From: Heterodontus francisci | Taxonomy: Eukaryota | Assembly (NCBI RefSeq): GCF_036365525.1 | Contig: NC_090375.1 | Location: forward strand, 199,073,864 to 199,137,863 | Length of the DNA stretch: 64,000 nt | Reading direction: 5' to 3' | Part shown: in pieces, positions 1 to 12,152 of the stretch | How positions within the stretch are numbered: position 1 is the stretch's first letter | Layout: the number at the start of each line of letters is the position of its first letter | Made by a program: the position numbers and the translations under genes | Notes under the pieces: generated by a model | Database searches by the model: none | Told to the model about the DNA's origin: nothing | What the model saw: the letters and a program-made list of their open reading frames with translations, nothing else

Positions 1-585
1 TTTAACAAAAATTGTACATAGGCAGATCAGGTCATTGCAGGGAATAGAGGTGAAAAAAATGAAATTAGAGTTCCTTTTATCTGAATGTATGAAGCATCTG
101 TAATAAGATAAATGAACTAATGGCACGAATAGAGGTAAATGATCTAGATCTAATTGCCATTACCGAGCTATGGTTACAAGGAGATCAAGGTTGGGAAATG
201 AATATTCTGGGGTACACAATATTTCGGAGATACAGACAGAATGATAGTAAAGGATGGCATAAGGACATTAATAAGAAGGGATCTGGCCTCAGAAGCTCAT
301 GATGTAGGATAGGTTTGGGTGGAAATTACGAACATCAGGAGTCATTAAACACTGGTGGGATTAGTTTACAGGCCCCTTAACAGTAGTTATATTATTGGAC
401 AGAACATTAAATGGAAAATTATTGGAGCATGTAAAAAAGTTAATGTATTAATTGTAGGGGCTTTAATCTGCATGTAGACTGCGACAATCAAATTGGCAAC
501 TGTGGTCTAGAAGATGAATTTGTAGAATGCTTTCATGACAGTTTCTTGGAGCAATATGTTTTAGAACCAACTAGGGATAAAGCTA

Positions 586-771
586 GAAATGCTGGAAATA
601 CTCAGCAGGTCTGGCAGCATCTGTGGAGAGTGAAGCAGAAAGATGAAAGGTCACTGACCTGAAACGTTAACTCTGCTTCTCTCTCCACAGATGCTGCCCG
701 ACCTGCTGAGTATTTCCAGCATTTCTTGTTTATTTCAGATTTCCTGCATCAGCAGTATTTTGCTTTTATTT
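586..771. mobile_element. Penelope-like element (PLE) fold-back terminal fragment
   Basis: Inverted arms matching the PLE end at 42280-42420; TSD TAGGGATAAAGCTA at 572-585 and 772-785. Confidence 0.75.
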
Positions 772-1504
772 TAGGGATAAAGCTATCTTAGATCGCGTAT
801 TGTGTAATGAAGCAGGTTTAATAAGCAATGTCATAGTAAAAGAACCACTGGGCAATAGTGATCATAATACCATTGAATTTCATGTTAAGTTTGAAAGTGA
901 TACATTTCAATGACAAACAAGAATCTTAAACTTAAGCAAAGACAATTGCGAAGGTATGAGGGGAGAGCTGGCTAAGGATGATTGGATAAATAGACTGGAA
1001 GGTATGGTGGTAAATGAACAGTGAGAAACAGTTAAAGAAACAATTCAAAGTGTTCAACAAAAGTACATTCCATTCAAAAACAAAAACTCATTGAGAAAGA
1101 CCCATCCATGGCTCACTCAGGAATCTAAGGAGAATATTAGACTAAAAGAAGAGGCTTACAATGTTGCAAAAATAGTATCAAGTCTGAGGATTGGGACTGT
1201 TTTAGAAACTAGCAAAGGGCCACCAAAAAGTTGATAAAAAAGGAAAAAAAAAAGAATGAGAATAATCTAGCCAGTGATATAAAACAGATTATAAGAGCTT
1301 TTATAAGTATATAAAAAGGAAGAGAGTAGCTAAAGTAGATGCTGGTCCCTGAGAGACAGGATACATCATCATGGGGAATAAAGAAATGGCAGAGTCATTG
1401 AACAAATATTTTGTGTCTGTCTTCACAGTAGAAGATACAAATTCCATACCAGAAATAGGCAGTAACCTAGGGGCTAAAAAGAGTGAGGAAATTAAGGATA
1501 TTGA

Positions 1505-1856
1505 TATTTTTTTATTTTAAGATACAGCACTGAAACAGGCCCTACGGCTCACCGAGTCTGTGCCAACCAACAACCACCCATTTATACTAATTCTACATTA
1601 ACCCCATATTCTCTACCACATCCCCACCATTCTCCTACCACCTATCTACACTAGGGGCAATTTTTTTTTAACAGTGGCCAATTTACCTATCAACCTGCAA
1701 GTCTTTGGCTGTGGGAGGAAACCGGAGCACCCAACGGAAACCCACGCAGACACAGGGAGAACTTGCAAACTCTGCACAGGCAGTACCCAGAACTAAACCC
1801 GGGTCGCTGGAGCTGTGAGGCTGCGGTGCTAACCACTGCGCCACTGTGCCGCCCAG
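1505..1856 (-). mobile_element. HE1-like tRNA-derived V-SINE
   Basis: Minus strand begins GGCGGCACAGTGGCGCAGTGGTTAGC (tRNA A-box) and has a CR1-like tail. Other copies at ~14975-15186, 22845-23179 and 53045-53350. Confidence 0.8.
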
Positions 1857-4800
1857 CCAAGAAAAAGTATTAGAGAAACTTGAGGGGCTAAAAACTGACA
1901 AGGACAAGGGACCAGATCAAGAAAAACATGCCTACATCCTAGGGTTCTAAAAGACATAGCTGCAGAGATAGTGGATGCACTGGCAACGATTTTCCAGAAT
2001 TCCTTAGATTCAGGAATGGTCCCATCATATTAGAAGCTGGTAAATGTTACACCACTTTTCAAGAAAGGCAGTAGAAGAGAAAATAGGGAACTGCAGGCCT
2101 GTTAGCCTAACATCAGTCATTGGGAAGATGCTGGAAACTATTACTAAAGAAGTTTTAACATTGCACCTGGAAATGCATAGTATGATAAGAACAATGGTTT
2201 TACTAAAGGTAGATCCTATTTGACAAATTTATTAGAGTTTTTTGAAGATGTAACTAGTAGTGTAGATAAAGGGGAATCAGTGGATGTAGTATGCTTGGAT
2301 TTTCAAAACGCATTTGATAAAGGTGCCACATAAAAGATTAATAGGCATGGTAAGGGCTCATGGTGTTGGGGGTAATATATTAACATGGATAGAGGATTGA
2401 TTAACAGACAGGAAGCAGAGATTGGGCATAAATGAGGCGTTTTCAAGTTGGCAGGCAGTGAATAGTGGGGTGATGCAAGGATCAGTGCTGGGACCTCAGC
2501 TATTTACTCTATATTAATGACTTGGATGAAGAGACAGAGAGTAATGTATCTAAGTTTGTTGATGATACAAAGCTCAGTGGAAAGGTAAGCTGCACGGAGG
2601 ATGTAGAGAGGCTGCAAAGAGATATAGACAGGTTAAGTGAATGGGCAACAAGATGGCAAATGGAGTTTAATGTAGAGAAGTGTGAAGTTATTCACTTTTG
2701 TCATAAAAATGGAAAAGCAGAATATTTTTAAAAAGATGTGAAACTGGTTAGTGTTGATGTTCAGAGAGACTTGGGGGTACTCGTACAAAGAACACACAAA
2801 GTTAACATGCAGCTGCAGCAGGCTATTAGGAAGGCAAATGGCATGTTGGCCTTTATTGCAAGGGGATTGGAGCACAGGAATAAAGAAGTCTTACTAAAAT
2901 TGTACAGGGCTTTGGTGAGACTGCACCTGGAATACTGTGTGCATTTTTGGTCTCCACATTTAAGAAAAGATATACTTGCACTGGAAGCAGTGCAGTGAAG
3001 ATTTACTAAATTTGTCCCTGGGATGAGGGAGTTGTCCTGTGATGAGAGGCTGAGTAAATTGGATCTATATTCTCTGGAGTTTAGAAGAAATAGAGGCAAT
3101 CTAGCTGAGACATAAAAGATTCTGAAAGGGCTTGATAGGATAGAAGCTGAGAGATTGTTCCCACTGGTCAGGGAATCTACAACACAGGGACACAGTCTCA
3201 GGATCAGGGGCCAATCATTCAGGACTGAGATGAAGAGAATTACTACACTCAAAGGGTTGTGAATCTTTGGAATTCTCTACCCCAGAGGGTTGGGGTTGCT
3301 CCATCATTGAATACATTTAAGGCTGGGATAGATAGATTTTTGGTATCGCATGGAATCAAGGGATATGGGGAAAGGCAGGAAAGTGGAATTGAAGCCCAAG
3401 ATCAGCCATGATCATATTGAATGACGGAGCAGGCTCAATGGGCCATATGGTCTACTTCTGCTCCTACTTCTTGTGTTCTTATCATAACTTCCTTCATTTT
3501 GTACTCTATGCTCCTATTTAGCTCCCATAAAGCCCAGGATCCTGTACATTTTATGAACTACTTTCTCAACTTGCCCTGCAACCTTCAATGATTTGTGCAC
3601 ATACTCCCCAGGTCTCTCTGCTCCTGCATCCCCTTTAGAATTATACCCTTTAATTTATATTGCCTTTCCTGGTTCTTCCTACCAAAATGAACCATTCACA
3701 TCTTTCTACATTAAATTTCATCTGCCACTTGTCTACCCATTCCACAAACCAGTCTATGCCCTCTTGAAGTTTATCATTATCTTCTTTACAGTTCACAATA
3801 CCTCTAAGTATTGTGTCATCCACAACTTTTGAAATTGTGCCCTGTACACCCAAGTCTAGGTCACTAATGTATATGAAGAAAAGCAGGGGTCCTAACACCG
3901 ACCCCTGGGGAACCCCACTATCTACCTTCCTCCTGTCCGAAATACAACCAATCACCACTGTTTCCTGTCACTCAGCCAATTTCGTAACTATGCTGCTACT
4001 GTCCATTTTATTCCATGAGGTCTAGCTTTGCTGAAAATCATGTATTGTGGCACTTTATCAAATGCTTTTGGAAATTGTTATGACCAGGTGAGGAGGGGGA
4101 TCACAGGCTCCCCTCTTGTTTTTCTTCTTGTTTGCTTGCGCAGGGGTTATTCCTTTTTCTACAGTGGATGTGATTACTACCTCAGCAACTGTTTTACCTT
4201 TTACCTTTGTTGTGATCATAAAAGAACTAATCAGGCAGGTTTTCCTAAGTTTAAATAAGAAAGAGGTGAGTTTATTATACTTAACAATCTAAACTCACTC
4301 TAAATAAAATGATGAAAAGTACACTATACATTCACACACACACGCATGAGAATCACACACACACAGTAAGGAGTAGATTTGTGGTTGGATTAGAGTCCAG
4401 AATAAATAAAAATTAGTACACAGTCTGTGAGGTTGGATGTCTCTGTTGTCTTCTGGCTGAAGTTATATTTTTGGAGTCTTTGTCTGGTAGAGGTGCACTT
4501 TGTGGCTGGATCATCTTGCTCAGGGTTTTCTTGGAGGTAGGGTTGTAGGTGGCTTTCTTCCCCCAGTGTCTTTGTCTTGGATCTAGCAACCAGCAGCTGG
4601 GCTTCACACGCCACACCAAGCTTTTTGAAGAGAGAGAGAGAGAGAGTGAGAGAAAGCCCTTCTGGCTCCCGCACAATTTGAGTCACTGGCTTGTCTGCCT
4701 TGATCAAGGGAAACTCCCAGCTTTCACAGAGATGGACAGGTGGCACAATTTAAAGTATTTGGTAAGAGAAGCAAAAGTGACAGGAGGAAAAACTTTTTCA

Positions 4801-5324
4801 CGCAGCAAATGGTTAAGGTCTGGAATGCACTGCTTGAGAGTATGATGCAGGCAAGTTCAACTGAAGCATTCAAAGGGAATTAAACTTTTATATGAAAAGG
4901 AAGAATTTGCAGGGTTATGGGGAGAAGGTGGGGGAATGGAACTGAGGGAGTTGTTCTATTGGAGAGCCGGTGTGGACACGATGGGCTGAATGACCTCCTT
5001 CTGCATTGTAACAATTCTGTGATTCTGTGACTGTGTCAGTGTATTCTCTGGAACTTTCTAACAAGATTCAGGTTTAGGAATTTCCATCTCTTCAGGCCTT
5101 AGGATGCCAATATTTACACTTGGAGGGGTTTGTTCTTTCAATGTTTATGTTCCAGGATGCATTGAATGCCATGCTAATGAAAGCAATCTCACGTAATTCA
5201 ATCAATAGAGCAAGCCATTGTTTTGGGTACAGGCTCATCAGACATGAGTCCCCTCTCCGATGCCTTGGAATGTGAAAGATGTTTTAGATGCAAATTGCGG
5301 TGGCCATCTTGGCTGCCAGCTTTT

Positions 5325-6522
5325 TAAACAAAGTGACTCCTGACATCAGAACACTCCAAGCTGTGCACATGCACAAACAGTCTCCTGCACTCAGTGAGAT
5401 GCTGCGCATGCGCAGCCTACGTCTTACCAGAACTAACTGGCACATGCACAGGAAAACATCTTCAGCTACTCTCTTCCACCCCACTGGCCGCTCTCACTCC
5501 TCAGCCACTCACTCCAGATTTCCCCACCCCCCAGCCACCCCGCTCTCCAGTCACTTGCTCTCTGCCTACCCCCTTCCCTCCAGCTGCCAGCTCCGGGCCA
5601 TGCCACTTCCCTCCTCTTGGCCACTCGCTCCTATGTTGCTCCGTCACTCCTTACGGCCCATCTTGCTTCTTCGGGTGCCGCGGTGTGGAATGATCGAATA
5701 TGGGAGCAAGTGGCCAAGAGGAGGGAAGTAGCGTGACCTGGAACTAGCGTCTGGAGGGATAGGGAGGGCGGAGATGGAAGCAGGGAGTGAGTGGCCAGAG
5801 AGCGAGGGTGTTGTGGGGGAATCGGGGAATGAACAGCTGGGGAGCGGCATTGGGGTGGGTGGGGTGAAGCAGGGAGCAAGTGGCAGGAAAGTGGGTGTGT
5901 GCAGGAAGTGGGGAGCTGAGACAGGGAGAGAGAGATCTGCATCACAGTTGCAGGCTGACCTGGAAGTCTCATTTTATCTCGAAAGATCCCCCGGGAGATA
6001 GATAGTGCAGTTTCATCTCTCACTGATATTGTATCAGAAGCGGGCACGTTATTGTTCCTAGACTCTGGGAAACAGAGAGCGAGGTGAACAAGGTTCCAAA
6101 TTTAAGGCTCTTTGCCCTGTTGAATTCTTTGCAATCTTTCAGCTCACACCATTCGCTATGACTCTCAGTGACGAACAGTTTCAATGTGATGGACATTAAT
6201 CTGGGACAGTTCGAGTGGCTGGAGAGCAGGGTGGATGGGGAGGGCGGAAGTGAGGAGCAGTGTCAAACCAGAGTTCTATCTTTGTCAATAAAAATCAAAA
6301 CAGTTGAGCAGGAGACATCCAAGAAATTATACAAATGAAGCAATGGCAGGGGATTTTTGGGTTGAAGTTGTTTTTCTTTGATAAATTAAGCAACACCATC
6401 TTTAATTCTGGCAGCTGCCTGAACGTCACAGACAATGACGTTTCAGTGGAAGAGGCTGCACTTGCACATGTGCTAATACTGTGCCATCCAGTGGTTGCGT
6501 TGTCAGCAAATGCAGCCTTTTT
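5325..6522. mobile_element. Unclassified non-autonomous interspersed repeat with an internal inverted repeat
   Basis: Absent from the sister LTR (near 11390). Similar ends (AACAAAGTGACTCC ... GTCAGCAAA) recur at ~41688-43428. Inverted arms ~5570-5635 and ~5697-5760. Confidence 0.6.
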
Positions 6523-9500
6523 CAAAAGTTAACTGTAGGTTTCCAGCCTTTTTTCCACTAAAAGTTTAATATAAGTTTCCAACTGATTGAATTAAAATTC
6601 CTCATTTGGCTGGTCATGTTTTCTTGACACCCCACACCACAAGGAATGAAATGTGATGATAGGAACATTTCATTATAGAGTTGTGGAAAAGGAAAAGTCA
6701 AAGAAAACACACATTCATTCTCCAACACTCACATCTCAAGTCCACACATTAGTCCTGGAATTGTTGAAGCTGGCATTGTCTGCCAACAGCTATGCTGATT
6801 TAATTTTTTTAGAGTTTTGTCTGGAATGGCTCTGTGTTGGGTGATGTGTCATCAAATGGGGTTAAAGTTTCCCTAGCATCAATTTGTGGTACTCTGGAAA
6901 TGTTCATCTCAATAAACATGTGGTTGTTGGTGAAGCTTGGGGTATGCAAATTTCTATTACTGCTTAAGGCAAGTTGTACAAGCTTTAACACCTCAACTGA
7001 TGTTTCTGCAATATGTGGCTTTAACTAGGTTCCAGCACCTTGATAGTTTTACTCTCTATAGTGACAGTGGGTGATAAATTATTTTTTTAGCCCTTATGAG
7101 GTGTCTGAGATTTCCTCTGGACCCTGTTCTTGCTGAGTTCTGAATTGAAATTGTTGGGTTTGATTAGCTTTGGATTTGGGACCTGATCATTGGGTTCTTC
7201 AGTGGGTAGATCCACCCTGACCTCACTTTTTGTTTTCCGATGAGTTACACAAGTGCTGTTTACTGTAGGGCATTTTCCTTTCCCTTTTCCTTTTACTGTG
7301 GGGAGGTTCTCTTTGCTCATCTGCCCCATGTCCTCCGGGACATTCCTGCTTGCAGGTGTCTGGCCAGCTTTCACTGCACACCCCTGTGGCAGTTCAACTA
7401 GCTGAGGCATCTCCCTCACTGTTGGCTTGCCTTTTTGGGAACTTTCCTTGTCCCTGCAGCTTTCTGTAAATGCTGTTAGCAGCCTTTTTCAGGCACCTCT
7501 TTGGCCTGTATTTAAGTAGGAGAGTGTGGGATCTAATTTTTCTAACATTCCAGGGTAGGCTAACCGGACAGTAGGGGATTCCAGTTGGGAATCCTCCGGC
7601 CCTCCTCTAACTTGTCCTCACTGTCCTTTCGTCCTCTTCCTTCCTGACTGTCTCACAGACCTGTGCTGATCTATCCTTTTCCCAGCTGTGATATTGTTTA
7701 ACATGTGAATGTGGCATAGCTGTTGTTTTTTTTCCCAGTCTGGAAGTGTCAATCAAATAATTTACCTGGCTAATCCTTTTTCCTTGGTATGGGCCACTGA
7801 ACTGGGCTTTCATAGGTTCTCTCTGAAATGGGAGTATTACCAATACATGCTCTCCCGTGCCAAAATGTTCTGACCTTGGTATGTTTATCTGCCTGCCTTT
7901 TCACAGCTGTCTGGGAGGTTTTTGGTGCTCCTGAGCCACTATGCAGTCTCTTGTGAGCTGCTTCTGGAACATGGAAATGTAGTCTAACATGGATGACTCA
8001 TCCTGTGTCCCAGAAACCTCTCCCTGACTAGTTTTAGAGGATCTCCCACCTCGTGTCCATAAAATAATTCAAAGGAACTAAAGCCAGTGGATTCATTGGG
8101 TTAATCCCTGGTGGCAAATAGGAGAAATCCCAGCCCTTTGCTCCAGTCATGGGGGTACTTCAAGCAGGCTGTCTTGAACATTGTCTTTAGGATCTGGTGG
8201 TACTGTTCCAAAGCCCCTTGTAGGCTGAGGACTTTAGTTGGGTTATGCTCAGATTACCCATGACTTTTTGAAAGATCCCAGACATGAAATTCATGCAGTG
8301 ATTTGTCTAGATCTCAGCAGGCAGTCCATATTGGGTAATGAATTGCTTTAGCCCCGCCACCATTACCTTGGCAGAGATAGTTTTTAGGGGAATGGCCTCT
8401 GGGAATTGGGTAACCACATCCATAATGGTGAGAAGATACTGGTAGCCCCCGTTTGTTTTTGGCAGGGGTCCCATACAATCCACCAGCATTCTGATGAAGG
8501 GTTCCCCAAAAGCTGGTATGGGAATTTGGGGTGCATGTTTTATTGCAGGTTGGTGCTTCCCCACAACCTGGCACATGTGGCAAGTTTTACAGAACTCCAA
8601 TACATCTTTGGGTGTTTTGACCAGTCTTGCTGTCTTATGCCGGCTTGGTTTTTTTGTACACAGACATGTCCAGCCATTGGGAATTCATGGGCTATCTTAG
8701 TGTTTCCTTATGATACCTTGGCAGCACAACTATCTAGTGAACCAGTGTCCACTCTTCATCCGCAGGTCTGCAAGGAGGTCTCCACTTTCTCATCAGCACC
8801 TCATTCTTTAAATAGTATCACTCTGAAACTCCTTCTGCTTCAACTTTGGTGTGGGCAGTCTGTGCTTTTTTTAAATACTGGGTTGGCTTGCTGAGCCTCA
8901 ACTAAGGAAGATTTGTTTAACCCATCCTTTGGGTCCTCCAACTTCCCAAAGAAGGGTGCAGATAACAAGACAATAGGTCATCTGTCTGCAGTGCCAGTTC
9001 AGCCTCCTCTGATTGGGCTTGTTTGGCCATGGACTGAGTCACCACACAGTCAGGGAAAATGCCAGGGACATTCTCCTGCAATTGCTCTGTTTCCCTGACC
9101 TCTTTCAGTCTCTCTAAAACTACTGGGGAAGCTTTCAGCTTTGTCCAGCCAGAAGCAAGTCGACCCCGTCTACGGGCAAATTAGGGACAATCCCCACAGT
9201 TGTCAGTCCTGAAACTAGATCGCATTCCAAGTGCACCCGATATAAAGGTATGGGCACACACTGCCCTCCGATACCATTCACTAACACCCTATCATTCACT
9301 GCACTCTCTGGGGGAAAGGTCACCCATTTTCCCAGCAGAAGGGATTGGGTGGCCTTGTATCCCTAAGTATCACTATGGGCTTGCTTGTCTCACTTATGGG
9401 GTATGGGGTCACTTTTTCTCTGGACACAAAATTCTGGTAACTCGGGGATTTTGTTAAGTTTTCCTGCACTTTCAGTGGTAGGTTTACTGGGTCTTACTGC

Positions 9501-9682
9501 CGCAGTTAAAGTCACAACCTGCTCTGCTATGCTTTCCATCAGGGCCCCTTGTCCTGCATTGGTCTGGTGTACCCTGACTAAACCTATGGGTTTTCCCCAT
9601 AATTTCCCGTACTCATCTTGAAGGTGACCTGCCTTGTTATAATGGAAAGACACAAGTCTTTGGGTGTTACTCCTGCTCTGAG

Positions 9683-10697
9683 TTTTTTTTTATTCGATCA
9701 TGGGATGTGGGCATCGCTGGCTAGGCCAGCATTTATTGCCCATCCTGAATTGCCCTTGAGAAGGTATTGGTGAGTGGCCTTCTTGAACCGCTGCAGTCCA
9801 TGTGGAGTAGGTAGACCCACAGTGCTGTTAGGAAGGGAGTTCCAGGATTTTGACACAGTGACAGTGAAGGAATGGTGATATATTTCCAACTCCAGATGGT
9901 GTGTGGCTTGGAGCGGAAGTTGCATGTGATGGTGTTCCCATGCATCTGCTGCCCTTGTCCTTCTTGGTGGTAGAGGTTGCGGGTTTGGAAGGTGCTGTCT
10001 AAGGAGCCTTGGTGCATTACTGCAGTGCATCTTGTAGATGGTACACACTGTTGCCACTGTGCATCGGTGGTGAAGGGAGTGAATGTTTGTGCATGGTGTG
10101 CCAATCAAGCGGGTTGCTTTGTTCTGGATAGTGTCAGGCTTCTTGAGTGTTGTTGGAGCTACACCCATCCAGGCAAGTGGAGAGTATTCCTTCACACTCC
10201 TGACTTGTGCCTTGTAGATGGTGGACAGGCTTTTGTGAGTCAGGAGGTGAGTTACCTACTGCAGAATTCCTAGCCGCTGACCTGTTCTTGGAACCATGGT
10301 ATTTATATGGCTACTCCAGTTCAGTTTCTGGTCCATGCTAGCCCCCAGGATGTTGATAGTGGGGGATTAATCATCTCAGCTCCAGGACATCACTGCAGGA
10401 GTTCCTCAGGATAGTCCTGGGCCCAGCCAGCTTCAACTGTTTCATCAATGACCTTCCTTCAATCATAAGGTCAGAAGTGGGGATGTTCGCTGATGATTGC
10501 ATAATGTTCAGCACCATTCATGACTCCTCAGTTACTGAAGCAGTCCATGTAGCAAGACCTGAACAATATCCAGGCTTGGGCTGATAAGTGGCAAATAACA
10601 TTTGTGCCTCTCAAGTGCCAGGCATGTACATCTCCAACAAGAGAGAATCTAACCATCTCCCCTTGACATTCAATGGCACTACGATCACTGAATCCCT
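9683..10697 (-). mobile_element. Jockey-group (CR1/L2-related) LINE, 5'-truncated and 5'-inverted
   Basis: EYSPLAWM..SLHHR..TIYKMHC C-terminus on the minus strand. 10370-10697 is inverted relative to the copy at 58356-59481. Confidence 0.7.
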
Positions 10698-12152
10698 AGA
10701 GAATCACACACACATAAATAGATTACAGAGTGAGAAGTAGATTTTGGTTGGGTTAAAGTCCAGAATAAATAAAAATTAATGCACAAGCTGTGAGGTTGGA
10801 TGATTCTGTCTACCGGCTGAAGTTGTATTCTTGGAGTCTTTTTGGCTGATAGAAATGCACTTTGTGGCTGGCCCACCTTGCTCAGGGTTTTCATGGAGGT
10901 AGAATTGTAGGTGGTTTTCTTCCGCTGTTGTCTTTGTCTTGGATTAAACAACCAGCAGCTGGGCTTCTCACGCCACACCACGCTTTCTGGAGAGAGAGAG
11001 AGAGCACCCTTCTGGCTCCTGCACAGTTTCACCATTGGTTTGTCTGCCTTGTTCAAGGGAAACCTCCAGCTTTCACTGAGATGGACAGATGGTCATATGA
11101 CTGCCTCAGTGTATTCTCTGGCACCTTCTAACAAGATTGAAGTTCAGGAATTTCCATCTCCTCAGGCCTCAGGATGCCAATATTTACACTTGGAGGGGTT
11201 TTTCCTTTCAATGTTGATGTTTCAGGATGCTTTGAATGCCATGCTAATGAAAGCAATCTCAGGTAATTCAATCAATAGGGCAAGCCATTATTTTGGGTAC
11301 AGGCTCATCAGACATATGTCTCCTCTTGGTTGCCTTGGAATCTTAAAGATATTTCAGATGCAAATTGCGGTCGCCATCTTGGCTGCCAGTTTTAAAAAAG
11401 TTAACTTGTAGGTTTTCAGCCTTTTTTTAAATCAAAAGTTTAATGTAAGTCTCCAACTGATGAATTAAAATTCCTTATTTAGCATATCATGCTTTCTTGA
11501 CAAACACCACATCAATTGCATTACCCTCATCAAGCACTTTGTTACTCATCAAAAAACTTCAATTTATTTACACACAATTTTCCCTCTACAAATCTATGTT
11601 GGCTTTCCTTAGCTAATCCGCATTTGTCCAAGTGACTATTAATTTTGTCCCGAATTATCATTTCTAAGAGCTTTCCCACTAGCGAGTTTAAATTGACCGA
11701 CTTGTAGTTTCTTTCTTTAACAAGGGTGTAACATTTGCAATTTTCCAGTCCTCTGGCACCACCCCTGTATCTAAGGAGGATTGAAGATTATGGCCTGTAC
11801 CTCTGCAATTTTCACCCTTACTACTCTAAGTATCCTTGGATGCATCTCATCTGGTCCTGGTGACTTATCAACTTTAATTACAGCCAGGCCATCTAATACC
11901 TTCTCTTTATCAATGTTTAGCTCATCCAGTGTTTCAACTGCCTCCTCTTTTACCATGACTTGGGCAACATCAACTTCCTTGGTAAAGACAGATGCAAAGT
12001 ACTCATTTAGTACCTCAGCCATACCCTCAGCTCCATGCACAAATCTCCTTTTAGGTCCTGAATTGGCCCCACCCCTCCTTTTTACCACGTTTTTCCTATT
12101 TATATGTCTGTAGAAGGCTTTTAGATTCCCTTTTTAAAAGATGAATGAAATG

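Larger units (their letters stand above)
60..3480 (+). mobile_element. CR1 LINE, decayed near-full ORF2
   Basis: Endonuclease start (DLIAITELWL), RT motifs (SKFVDDTKL, LEYCVHFWSP) and 3' tail. Many stops; nested PLE fragment and SINE. Confidence 0.85.
4076..11502 (-). mobile_element. Gmr1-like Gypsy LTR retrotransposon, decayed and nested
   Basis: Direct repeats 4076-6629 (with inserts) and ~10698-11502, both ending TTCTTGACA on +. Internal zinc knuckle (9390-9653), protease-region (9135-9323) and integrase (7607-8600) remnants. Confidence 0.75.
3481..12135 (-). mobile_element. CR1 LINE split by a Gypsy element (pieces 3481-4075 and 11503-12135)
   Basis: RT ORF pieces 3650-3958 (GVPQGSVLGP) and 11771-12088 (DKSPGPD) are collinear across the LTR element. 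Confidence 0.75.

Noticed and set aside
4330-11502. Segmental duplication 4330-6629 vs 10698-11502
   Set aside because: Explained as the two LTRs of one Gypsy element.
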